A stretch of DNA of 62,868 nucleotides, the filler included, from Chiloscyllium plagiosum (taxonomy: Eukaryota): the NCBI RefSeq assembly GCF_004010195.1. It is 3 parts of one record of this genome, joined end to end, with 100 filler letters (N's around TTAATTAATTAA, not from the genome) between each part and the next. Parts side by side here need not be neighbours in the genome. Positions count along the whole stretch, not along the records: positions 1 to 29,730 come from NC_057713.1; 2 more parts are not named here. One strand, given 5' to 3'. Each line of letters begins with the position of its first letter. Position 1 is the first letter of the stretch. This document shows, piece after piece, positions 13,560 through 24,640 of this stretch. Below the pieces are notes generated by a model. That model worked only from the letters and a program-made list of their open reading frames with translations, did not search any database and was not told the origin of the DNA. A program made the position numbers and the translations under genes.

Positions 13560-14019
13560 ACTCCCGGCGGTAGGACCCTGCAGAAAGCAGCGGGAAGATC
13601 TGCTGCGAGTTTGGTGTAAGACGTGAGCACAGCACCCCCTGTTAGCTCTCAATCCCTTTTGCACCTTGCAGGAAAAAAATCCGGAATGTTTGGCTGTGTC
13701 TCTCCTCCTTCTCCCCACCCACCGAGCTCCTTGTACCACAGCTCGGAGCGTCATCCGTGGAACGATTACAAGAGGGAGGGGACTGAAGCATCATCTGGGA
13801 GAGAGAAGGTAGTTGACTGTGTGCAGTCCGATCTCACAGTGCAGTAACTGGAGAGACAGCAAAACCTCTGGACTACGCTTTAATAGACAGAAACAGCAAG
13901 AGGCAACTTCAGTTTCCATGGGATCATGTCCTGCAGGGCTGTCTGTCTCACACGCTCTTCATGGACCGGTTGATTTGAGAAAGAAACTGGACCAAGTGTT
14001 GCTGTGATCACTTCTCGAG
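13560..14019 (+). other. RSPO2: Probable non-coding exon 1 of RSPO2 (start approximate)
   Basis: CpG-rich segment downstream of a GC box, ending at a donor GAG|GTAATT (14019/14020) and followed by T-rich intron-like sequence. Vertebrate RSPO2 has a non-coding first exon. Confidence 0.4.
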
Positions 14020-14406
14020 GTAATTAAGTTGAAAGTGATTTATTGAGTGCATTGCAATAGATTTTCTCTTCGCTCCTGGTTTTGTCTTTCTTTTAAAGAA
14101 AACAATCCTGCTTCGGTTTGTCTATTTTTTTAAAGGAAATCTAGAGCCAGATTTTGTGGTTGTTCCTGTTTAAAAGCGGACTTGTTTATTGATGATGCAA
14201 ATGAGAGTTTAATGTGATTATTGATAGCTCGTTATCTTGTGACTTGTGTCTCCTGCTCTAGAGCTTTGGGATTGAGTTCCGCCTTGCTGTCCTGAAGATG
14301 TGGAGACTGCAAGTTGGGAGATTGCCGATTCTCTGGTCCCCAGTGTGAGGGCAGGTCAGGCTGAGTCTGCTGTTCATCCCCTCCTCTGTCTCTGGCTGAA
14401 GCTTAG

Positions 14407-14580
14407 GTCTGGCCAGTGGCTAGAAGCGGTGCTGCTGGTTCATCATCATCATCCGTGTGGTTATTTGGACCCACCCTCCGACCCTCACATCCGAGTCAAG
14501 CCGCCTGGGTCTCTCACCCAGCCCGGAGGCATCCCCGAGAGTACCGTCTGTTTCCCCCCCTCCACATCCTAGAAGCACAG
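14407..14580 (+). other. RSPO2: Probable 5' UTR part of the RSPO2 ATG-containing exon
   Basis: Pyrimidine tract CCCCTCCTCTGTCTCTGG followed by CTTAG|G acceptor at 14406/14407. No ATG between 14407 and 14580. Confidence 0.5.
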
Positions 14581-14674
14581 ATGCATTTTCGACTCGTTTC
14601 ACTTGCGCTTGTTCTTCTAAACTGTATGGATGATGGGCACAGCCTGAATAACCGAGGGAAGCGGACCAGGAGAG
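14581..14674 (+). CDS. RSPO2: R-spondin 2, first coding exon (signal peptide and basic cleavage site); CDS continues beyond the window
   Basis: Translates MHFRLVSLALVLLNCMDDGHSLNNRGKRTRR, matching the vertebrate RSPO2 N-terminus as I recall it (MQFRLFSFALIILNCMDYSHCQGNRWRRSKR). 94 coding nt end at a phase-1 donor AG|GTCAGT (14674/14675). It lies in a CpG-rich region. No furin-like cysteine-rich exon was recognised downstream, consistent with a very long intron. Confidence 0.87.
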
Positions 14675-15229
14675 GTCAGTGATGGGGATAGACTTAAAGA
14701 ACGCAGCACTCGGGATACTTTAATCAACTTTTTGTTTTTACAAAGTTAGGGGATTGAAAATTAACGGAGAGCAGATTCTTAGTTACGTCCCGAGTAGGTT
14801 TTGTTGTATTTTGAAGAATTCAAACTCTAAACCAATTCCAATCCTGGGGTTAAACTGAATGCTCCTGGATCAGGGAATAAGCGGATTGGAGCAGCGGGCC
14901 AGACCGAGCCCTGAACGTAATGAAACCGTGTGGGTTGATTTTCGTCTTTCTCCACTTCACCGCCCAGGACTGTTTGTCCGTCTCTGTATGGGGACCCACA
15001 TGTCCCCTGTGTGTGGGGGGTCGGTCTGACTGTCTGTCTGTCCCTGTCTGTTTCGGTGTGCTCCGGTACGTCTGCCTCTGGTTTTTTAGGTTATTCTATT
15101 TAAATCTACCGCCTAGTGTTTTGTGTTGGAGCCAATTCTCTCACTCCACCTTCCGAACATATCCCAGACACACACAGTCCCTGATGTGTAAATCAGGAAG
15201 GTTAGGGTCTCCAGTACCCGTGTTCGGCT

Positions 15230-15444
15230 GAGAAAAGGCCGGGACAATTTACATTGTAGACCACCTTTCCTACCCCCAACCTTTAGTTTCCTTTTGTGGG
15301 GGGCTCGGTTTAAAGATACTGGGAAATGGGGGGAAAGAGAAAAGGCCGGGACAATTTACATTGTAGACCACCTTTCCTACCCCCAACCTCCTAGTTTCCT
15401 TTTGTGGGGGGCTCGGTTTAAAGATACTGGGGAATGGGGGGAAA
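15230..15444. repeat. Tandem duplication, 107-bp unit x2
   Basis: GAGAAAAGGCCGGGACAATTTACATTGTAGACC... begins at 15230 and at 15337, nearly identical. Confidence 0.95.
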
Positions 15445-16521
15445 ATAATATCTCCAACCATCAGGAGAGGGCCAGACAACACGAACTCAGCTGTTTGGTG
15501 ATGGGCTGGTCTCTCAGTAACAGGTGATGCAGGTTAAAGGCTGCACTTTCAGTTGGTGGTCAGGAATGACTTCAATCCAAATATAAGCCTTCTGCGTAAC
15601 TGTCTTACCCGGATAGTAAAGCCAAGAAGCCTTTGCAATACGGTTAACAATTACACGCGAAGATTCTAGTTGGACACTTACCCGGGAGTAAGGAATCCAA
15701 CATTGGAAGTTTCCCCTCTCTCTGGGAGGGGGGCGATTGTGGCAGTTCATTCCGGTGGGTTCAGAAAGCGGGGGAATCTGGTTGAAAACCACTCAGTTCG
15801 GCCAGTGGCACTTAGCCTCCAATTCCATTTAGATTCTGTCTCTGAGACCGGCTCTGGGAGTGCTGCTATTGTCTTTTAGAGAATAATTCTCTAAATCGAA
15901 CATTAACATACACACTCCCTCTCGGTGAGAATAAGCAGAGTGTGAACTTTCCATCATGCTGGGTTTTTTTTAAAGAAAACCAGTGGGAGAAGCTGTGTGG
16001 GGGCGCGGATTTCCTCCCATCGCTGCTGAGTCCAGGTTCGGGGGGATCTGGGCAACTCGTGATCTTAGCCTTTCTGAGGAACATGAAAGGAAGAGTGGGA
16101 CACTCCAGTTCTTCCCCACATCTTTTTGTCTCCTTATTTAAGGACGGATGTAAATGTGTCGGAAGTGGTTGTGGCTTCCCAGATTGACCTGTGCACTGAG
16201 CTGCTGATTTTTTTAATGGGGAAAGATTGGGCAGGCTTGTGTTTGCACACGAATTTCGAAAGAGCAAGGCGTGATTTGATTGAAATAAGATCTTGAATTG
16301 TCTTGAAGGTAGATGTGGAAAGTGTTTACTCCTGTGGCAGCATTGCCCTAGATTCTAATTGAGATTTGGAGGGATTGTTTTGCACCCCCCCCCCCCCCAT
16401 TAAATCTAGCGCACTCAGTTTGTAACGTGCTAGAAAATTCTGAATTCGGTTGGATACTACTTTTTAGTACTGCACTAATAATCTTAAGTGTGGGCAGTCT
16501 GAAAATAAATTATTTTCTTTC

Positions 16522-16790
16522 CAGTGTGGAAACAGGCCCTTCGGCCCAACAAGTCCACACCGACCCTCCGAAGAGCAACCCACCCAGACCCATTCCCCTA
16601 TATTTACCCCTTCCCCTAACACTACAGGGCAATTTAGCATAGCCAATTCACCTAACCTGCACATCTTTGGACTGTGGGAGGAAACTGGAGCACCCGGAGG
16701 AAACGTGCAAATCCCAGACAGTCGCCTGAAGTGGGAATTGAACCCAGGTCTCTGGTGCTATGAGGCAGCAGTGCTAACCACGGTGCCACC
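16522..16790 (-). mobile_element. HE1-type V-SINE (left arm of the palindrome)
   Basis: tRNA-like head GGTGGCACCGTGGTTAGCACTGCTGCCTCA...GGTTCAATTCC, partial V domain and CR1-like tail GGGCCTGTTTCCACACTG. Confidence 0.85.
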
Positions 16791-16844
16791 CATTCCTCAT
16801 TGGTTTTTTTTAAAGAAGTAATTGTTATTAAACAATGAGGAATG

Positions 16845-17113
16845 GGTGGCACCGTGGTTAGCACTGCTGCCTCATAGCACCAGAGACCTGGGTTCAATTC
16901 CCACTTCAGGCGACTGTCTGGGATTTGCACGTTTCCTCCGGGTGCTCCAGTTTCCTCCCACAGTCCAAAGATGTGCAGGTTAGGTGAATTGGCTATGCTA
17001 AATTGCCCTGTAGTGTTAGGGGAGGGGGTAAATATAGGGGAATGGGTCTGGGTGGGTTGCTCTTCGGAGGGTCGGTGTGGACTTGTTGGGCCGAAGGGCC
17101 TGTTTCCACACTG
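16845..17113 (+). mobile_element. HE1-type V-SINE (mirror copy in the right arm of the palindrome)
   Basis: Reverse complement of 16522-16790, sharing the same internal deletion. Confidence 0.8.
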
Positions 17114-19964
17114 GAAAGAAAATAATTTATTTTCAGACTGCCCACACTTAAGATTATTAGTGCAGTACTAAAAAGTAGTATCCAACCGAATTCAGAATTT
17201 TCTAGCACGTTACAAACTGAGTGCGCTAGATTTAATGGGGGGGGGGGGGGGGCAAAACAATCCCTCCAAATCTCAATTAGAATCTAGGGCAATGCTGCCA
17301 CAGGAGTAAACACTTTCCACATCTACCTTCAAGACAATTCAAGATCTTATTTCAATCAAATCACGCCTTGCTCTTTCGAAATTCGTGTGCAAACACAAGC
17401 CTGCCCAATCTTTCCCCATTAAAAAAATCAGCAGCTCAGTGCACAGGTCAATCTGGGAAGCCACAACCACTTCCGACACATTTACATCCGTCCTTAAATA
17501 AGGAGACAAAAAGATGTGGGGAAGAACTGGAGTGTCCCACTCTTCCTTTCATGTTCCTCAGAAAGACTCGGATCACGAGTTGCCCAGATTCCCCCCGAAC
17601 CTGGACTCAGTAGCGACGGGAGGAAATCCGCGCCCCCACACAGCTTCTCCCACTGGTTTTCTTAAACAAAAAAACCAGCATGATGGAAAGTTCACTCTCT
17701 GCTTATTCTCACCGAGAGGGAGTGTGTATGTTAATGTTCGATTTAGAGAATTATTCTCTAAAAGACAATAGCAGCACTCCCAGAGCCGGTCTCAGAGACA
17801 GAATCTAAATGGAATTGGAGGCTAAGTGCCACTGGCCGAACTGAGTGGTTTTCAACCAGATTCCCCCGCTTTCTGAACCCACCGGAATGAACTGCCACAA
17901 TCGCCCCCCTCCCAGAGAGAGGGGAAACTTCCAATGTTGGATTCCTTACTCCCGGGTAAGTGTCCAACTAGAATCTTCGNNNNNNNNNNNNNNNNNNNNN
18001 NNNNNNNNNNNNNNNNNNNNNNNNNNNNNNNNNNNNNNNNNNNNNNNNNNNNNNNNNNNNNNNNNNNNNNNNNNNNNNNNNNNNNNNNNNNNNNNNNNNN
18101 NNNNNNNNNNNNNNNNNNNNNNNNNNNNNNNNNNNNNNNNNNNNNNNNNNNNNNNNNNNNNNNNNNNNNNNNNNNNNNNNNNNNNNNNNTGCAAAAGACT
18201 TGCACCTGCTCAACTTCTCATCCAGTTGAGATGACTCCACCAATCTTTGCATGGCTTTCCTGCTGAGTTCTGTGTGAAAGCCAGGTGGTGTCACTTGTCT
18301 GCGAAGTGGGAATAACATTCTACGAGATTAGTGTGATTTGAGTTCAATGTAAGACAAGTTTTAGGTTATCAGAGGTTGGGTAAAATACTGTCTGCAGAGG
18401 TGTGCAGAAAGCAGAACAGGCAGTAGTGTATTTGCTCAGTAGGGTATCAGAGTCCACTCTGAGAGAATGTGAGGGTTCAAGTATGTGTGAATAGAAGTCT
18501 TGGTGTAGTTGTGTAGAATTTTGCCACTATTCCTGGTTTACAATGTCTGGTTGTTGCATTCTCTCTCTGGCAAGGGGGCCACATTGTCAGTCAGAAAGTG
18601 TTCTGGATTAATGAGCCATTCAAATGAGGATTAGTTGAGTAAAATGGGCTTGAAATCTCTGGAGATGATGAGAACATAGAATTGAGGTGGGTGTTTTAAG
18701 CTCCAAGTAGGCTTAAGGTCGTAGAACTGCCATCACCTAGTTCTAAAACTTCAAGGGTATCAACACAGAGCAATGGCTGGAATGAAATACTTCACATGGG
18801 AAGGAGAAATGGATGCTGTATCCACTAGGAGTGTAGCTGATAATAGTGCTCTGCATACCTGACCAATACAAAATTAATGGAATGGAGTCAGAACAGTAAA
18901 ATGACCTCTAAACTTAAACTTGATTTAATAAAATTGCATTGAATTCTTCCAAAAGCCAGAGGATACAAGCACATGTTGATCAACTAATCCTCATTGAACA
19001 GCCCATCTCATGAATGCTTGTGCCTTCTGTTGGTGGGCAAGGTAATCAAAACTGTACATTGTAAACTAGGAACAGTCTCATCTGTACAATTACAGCAAGG
19101 CTTCCTTTCACATATTCTGCAATCCCTCTTGCATTGTCTCAAATATTCTGGCAAGTAAACACAACACCGCTGCCTCAACAACCTTATGCACACCCCATCA
19201 GAAATATATCCTGAGCGTCATTTCAGTGTTAACACCAGGAAGTCAGAATTCTAGTTGGACTGCATCTCAAGTGATGTGACCTGTTGAGACGTTCTAGGTC
19301 TGGAGCAAGTTCTGAGAAGAGCTAATGTGATGCTGATGGTAATAAAAGCATCTTCCACAGAAAAGGTATCCACTGTGTAAATTGTTGAAAGGCTTAATTC
19401 CCAAAGCCAGTTTGTGCCTAAATCTGTTAATCATTTGATTTATGCCAATTTTAGTCTGTGGTGAGTTGAGGTTCAGCTGGACTGTGAAGTGGCCTCATTC
19501 TGTCCTTATCCAGTTGGGTGCAGATTCTGCTCCAGAGTGTGTGACTACCCAACTTAGTTTTTAATATAACCTGGTATTGTTTGCTTCAAAACAAGCTGTG
19601 TAAAATGGTTTATTTTTGAAAGTTATTTATCAAAATCATTATTGCTTTTTCTAAATGTGACTGATACAATTGTAGTTTTGCTCCCTAGCTGCATTATCCA
19701 GGCAGTTCATCTAATCCTGATGCAATTATCTAGTTTAGCATTTTTTTGCTATGATTCTGCTTTCCTATTTGTGGGGGTTAAGTGCAATTATTTGTGAGAA
19801 ATGTTGTTTTCCATTTGCTAGAGCTGTTGATATGTGAAATCAGGTTTGTGTAAGAGTTTGATTAGCAGCAATTATGATTTGACTGACTCCTAGGGAGGTG
19901 TGGGGGAAGAATTCCTCACCTTTTCCAACAATTTTAAAAGCACCTCCATGAAGATATACATCTA

Positions 19965-20312
19965 GTCATAGTCTTAGATGTACAAAACTGCAACAGACCT
20001 TTTCAGTCCAAATCTTCCATAGTGTCCCATTTGCCAGGACTTAGCCCATATCCCCCTCAACCCTTCCTATTCATATTTAAAAAGGCATCTGGTTGGGTAT
20101 GTTGTAAATGTACAGCCTCCACCACCACCTCTGATAGTTCATTTCATACATGCACCACCCTCCGCATGAAAAAAATGCCCCTTGGGTCCCTTTTTTTAAA
20201 TCTTTCCTCTCTCACCTTAAACCTATGCCCTCTAGGCCTGGACTCTCCCACCCCAGGGAAATGGCTTTGTTTATTTACCCTATCCATGCCCCTCATGATT
20301 TTATAAACCTCT
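19965..20312 (-). mobile_element. CR1/HER1 LINE 3' fragment
   Basis: VEVYKIMRGMDRVN...RGHRFKVR (ORF 20144-20428). Confidence 0.85.
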
Positions 20313-20884
20313 ACGATGTCATCGTCTGGTGTTCGAGAATGAAAACTCGATTGTTTGGGATGGATTAAATGAAGTGGTTTGAGTGTTTGGTTCCAGTTTA
20401 TAATCTCTCCATGGTTGGATTTGGACAAATTTAAACTTCCTAGTAGTCTGTGTTTTTCTTTTGCCAGACTCTGTAACCTGTGGAAAATTCTAATCTCAAT
20501 TCAAGGGTTTCAGAAATTGTACAACCGGTGCTTTGGGTGACTGCCAGTAGGAGGCAGCATTTCTTGTAAGTGTCCTTGTGACTATCCCAATGCTAAACTG
20601 AAAACCATTAAATGCAACCAAATAGCCAAATTATATAAAAAATGGGTTTAAGTCATCGCGCTCTCAAATGGATGTTTGCTGTTTACACTTAATTGTGATA
20701 TGTTGGTATGTTACATTTCAACATACTCTCTTTTTTGACTTTTTGAATCAAAAAGGGTGTTTTCAAATTTGAATAAATTTTCTGGTTGAGCCAGTATTGG
20801 ATCTTGTTTGACCCCTATGTATATCTCAACAAGAGGAACAAATTGTCTTGAATAACGATTTTATCTTCAGTGGCTAATTTTATC

Positions 20885-21275
20885 ATGATCCAGTTGGTAG
20901 CACTTTCTCCTGAGCCAGAAGCCTATGTATTCCTGTCCCAATTGAGAGCACAATTCAGGCTGCCACACCCTTTGCAGTACTAAGTGGGTGTTTTCCTGTC
21001 AGAGGTGTCAAATTTCAGACGAGATGCTCATCTTGGGCACAGTCTGTCTCCTTAGCACGTGGGAATGATTGACTTCAGCACTACAGCATTTTGAAAAACA
21101 GCAGTGATGTTCTCCTTGGCTTCCTGGTGAATATTTATCCTTCACCAACACCACCAAAAGTTGATAATCTGGTCAGTATTCCCTTGTTTATGGGCACTTG
21201 CTTTGTGCAAGTCAATTGCTGTATTTCCTACATTACCACAGTGATTATATTTCAAACCTACTTCAGTGACTCAAG
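20885..21275 (+). mobile_element. Deu-domain SINE (other copies at about 1365-1625 -, 25710-25900 -, 32050-32480 +, 36175-36590 - and 44560-44830 -)
   Basis: Shared core GCAGTACT..GTCAGAGGTG..TTTCAGACGAGA..AATATTTATCC..ATCTGGTCA..TTTCCTACATTAC. Confidence 0.65.
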
Positions 21276-21330
21276 TACTTTGCTATGTAACTTTCTGCTA
21301 TCTACTTTCCACAGCCTCAGCCTGTTTTTT

Positions 21331-21658
21331 TGGCGACATGGTGACTCAGTTAGTACTGCTGCTTCACAGTATCAGGGACCCAGATTTCAATTCCAGCCTT
21401 GGGTGACTGTCTGTGTGGAGTTTGCATGTTCTCGCAGTGTCCTTGTGTGTTTCCTCTGGGTGCTCCGGTTTCTCCTACAATCCAAAGATATGCAGGTTAG
21501 GTGAATTGGCCATGCTAAAAATTGCACATAGTGTTCAGGGACATGTAGTCTAGGTGCATTAGTCAGGGGTATATACAGGGTAGGGGAATGAGTCTTAGTG
21601 GGTTACTCTTTGGAGGGTGGGCGTGGACTTGTTGGGCCAAAGGACCTGTTTCCACACT
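21331..21658 (+). mobile_element. HE1-type V-SINE
   Basis: Head, V domain CTGTGTGGAGTTTGCATGTTCTC...GGGTGCTCCGGTTTC and CR1-like tail. Confidence 0.85.
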
Positions 21659-22508
21659 AAGAATTTTAATTCTTCTAATAAAATGTGGGTCTTTTGTGCT
21701 AAGATAATGGCAAAATGAAGCACATTTAAGTCAATCTTAACTTCCAAATGGTTATTGCTGCTATGTAGCTGGAAGGGAGAGATCCCTGGGGTCAGGCTGT
21801 TGGTGACTGGGATTTGTGACTTTGAATTCCGCTTCAATAATTGTGAATATTTTCATATTGCACCATTTTTCGATAGCTTAATTTTGTCTTTAAATGGCCA
21901 AGTTGGTTTTTCAGGCTGGTGAACATGCCTCTTGGAGTGCAGCAGTCTATTCAAACTCTTGGGATTATCAGTGTGCTTGGGAGATTGGTGTCTAATATAA
22001 CTGGCCATAATGAAAACTCCTCTGTACAAGCAGTTTGAAAGTTCAATAGTGATTTGTTTATGTTTGTAATCCTCCAGTTCATGAACAATGCTTTACATCC
22101 CTGGAAGACAATGGCTCACTGGGTAACGATTGAGCCAAATCTCTGTTTTTAATTTAAAATTATTCATGTAAACTCCATTTAGAAGGTTGATGTTTTATTA
22201 TCTATCCCTCTTTTGAGAAGATGGTGGTGAGCCTTCTATATAGCTCGCTGACTAGACCATGTCAGAAGGCAGTTAATCACTTGTCGGTGAGGGATTGGAG
22301 TTCCTCAACTTCATATGGGGAGAGGTTGCTAGGTTCCACCCTCTCCCTGTCGTCCACTCCTTTTAAGACACTGGTGAACTGGGAGGGTTAAATGTCCCTC
22401 TTATAGTTCCCTGATTTTTTTTTTTCTTCTTGCCAAAATCCAGCTTTTATTATCTGATTTTACATTCTTAGAGTTCAAAGCTCCCTGTGACTTTATCGTT
22501 CTTTTTTG

Positions 22509-24640
22509 AGTCAGAGTGTCATAGAGATATATAGCTTGGAAATGGACCCTTTGGTCCAACTCGTCCATGCCAGAGATATCCCAATCTAGTCCCACCTGCC
22601 AGCATCTGGCCCATAATCCCTCCAAACCCTTCCTATTCATATACCCAGGAGAAAGTGAGGACTGCAGATGCTAGAGATCAGAGCTGAAAAATGTGTTGCT
22701 GGAAAAGCGCAGCAAGTCAGGCAGCATCCCAGGAGCAGGAGAATCAATGTTTCGGGCATAAGTCCTGCCTGTTCAACCTCTCCCCATAGCTCAAACCCTG
22801 GCAACATCCTTGTAAATCTTTTCTGAACCCTTTTAAGTTTCACAACATCTTTCCGATCGGAAGGAGACCAGAACTGCATGCAATATTCCAACAGTGGCCT
22901 AACCAATGTCCTGTACAGCCGCAACATGACCTCCCAACTCCTGTACCCGGTACACTGACCAATAAAAGAAAGCATATCAAACGCCGCCTTCACTATCCTA
23001 TCTACCTGCGACTCCGCTTTCGATGAGCTATGAACCTGCACTCCAAGGTCTCTTTGTTCAGCAACACTCCCTACGACCTTACCATGAAGTGTATAAGCCC
23101 TGCTAAGAATTGCTTTCCCAAAATGCAGTACCTTGCATTTATTTGAATTAAACTTCATCTGTCACTTCTCAGCCCATTGGCCCATTTGATCAAGATCCTG
23201 TTGTAATCTGAGGTAACCCTCTTCGCTGTCCACTACATGTCCAATTTTGGTGTCATCTGTCAACTTACTACCTGTACCTCTTACGCTTGCATCCAAATCA
23301 TTTATGTAAATGACAAAAAGTAGAGGACCCAGCACCATTCCTTGTGGCACTCCACTGGTCACAGGCCTCCAGTCTGAAAAACAACCCTCCACCACCATCC
23401 TCTGTCNNNNNNNNNNNNNNNNNNNNNNNNNNNNNNNNNNNNNNNNNNNNNNNNNNNNNNNNNNNNNNNNNNNNNNNNNNNNNNNNNNNNNNNNNNNNNN
23501 NNNNNNNNNNNNNNNNNNNNNNNNNNNNNNNNNNNNNNNNNNNNNNNNNNNNNNNNNNNNNNNNNNNNNNNNNNNNNNNNNNNNNNNNNNNNNNNNNNNN
23601 NNNNNNNNNNNNNNNNNNNNNNNNNNNNNNNNNNNNNNNNNNNNNNNNNNNNNNNNNNNNNNNNNNNNNNNNNNNNNNNNNNNNNNNNNNNNNNNNNNNN
23701 NNNNNNNNNNNNNNNNNNNNNNNNNNNNNNNNNNNNNNNNNNNNNNNNNNNNNNNNNNNNNNNNNNNNNNNNNNNNNNNNNNNNNNNNNNNNNNNNNNNN
23801 NNNNNNNNNNNNNNNNNNNNNNNNNNNNNNNNNNNNNNNNNNNNNNNNNNNNNNNNNNNNNNNNNNNNNNNNNNNNNNNNNNNNNNNNNNNNNNNNNNNN
23901 NNNNNNNNNNNNNNNNNNNNNNNNNNNNNNNNNNNNNNNNNNNNNNNNNNNNNNNNNNNNNNNNNNNNNNNNNNNNNNNNNNNNNNNNNNNNNNNNNNNN
24001 NNNNNNNNNNNNNNNNNNNNNNNNNNNNNNNNNNNNNNNNNNNNNNNNNNNNNNNNNNNNNNNNNNNNNNNNNNNNNNNNNNNNNNNNNNNNNNNNNNNN
24101 NNNNTCCAGTCTTCCGGCACCTCACCTGTGACTATTGATGATACAAATATCTCAGCAAGAGGCCCAGCAATCACTTCTCTAGCTTCCCACAGAGTTCTAC
24201 GGTACACCTGATCAGGTCCTGGGGATTTATCCACCTTTTTTTATGCGTTTCAAGACATCCAGCACTTCCTCCTCTGTAATCTGGACATTTTTTGCAAGGT
24301 GTAACAATCTATTTCACTACTCTCTATATTTTCCATATCCTTTTCCACAGTAAATACTGATGCAAAATATTCGTTAGTACCTCACGACTCCCCCACCCCC
24401 ACCCTATTTTCTGCGGCTCCACACACAGGCCACCTTGCTGACCTTTGAGTGGCCCAATTCTCTCCCTAGTTACTCTTTTTTTTTGTCCTTACTGTATTTA
24501 CAAAAAACTCTTTGGATTCTCCTTAACTCTATTTGCCAAAGCTATTTCATGTCCCCCTTTTTTCCCTCCTGATTTCTGTCTTAAGTATACGCCTACTTCC
24601 TTAGACTCTTCTTAGGATTCACTCGATCTATCTATCATGT
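22509..24640 (-). mobile_element. CR1/HER1 LINE ORF2 (RT) fragment spanning gap 23407-24104
   Basis: DKSPGPDQVY, VTSGVPQGMVLGPLLFVIYINDLD, KLTDDTK, LYRTLVRPLLEYCMQFWSP. Confidence 0.93.
22648..22762 (-). mobile_element. Penelope pseudo-LTR inside a CR1 3' region
   Basis: Family consensus; it replaces a few hundred bp of CR1 relative to the copy at 3441-4065. Confidence 0.8.

Larger units (their letters stand above)
13450..16270. promoter_or_regulatory. CpG-island-like promoter region of RSPO2 with GC box GGGGCGGGG at 13505-13513
   Basis: CpG density is visibly higher than in the CpG-depleted flanks; the region is nearly free of transposons and surrounds the RSPO2 start exon. Confidence 0.65.
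15658..17979. repeat. ~1.15-kb inverted duplication (15658-16802 / 16833-17979) with a 30-bp spacer
   Basis: Mirror-image ORFs in the track (e.g. 15670+ / 17967-, 16427+ / 17208-); the right arm ends at an N gap. Confidence 0.97.

Noticed and set aside
14416..14580. In-frame GTG-initiated N-terminal extension of RSPO2
   Set aside because: The signal peptide begins at ATG 14581 as in orthologues; an open frame in GC-rich UTR is expected by chance.
23298..24234. Long ORFs of 264-291 aa (also 17845-18318 and 10427-10933)
   Set aside because: They are open only because they run through N gaps; the flanks are CR1, Penelope or palindrome sequence.
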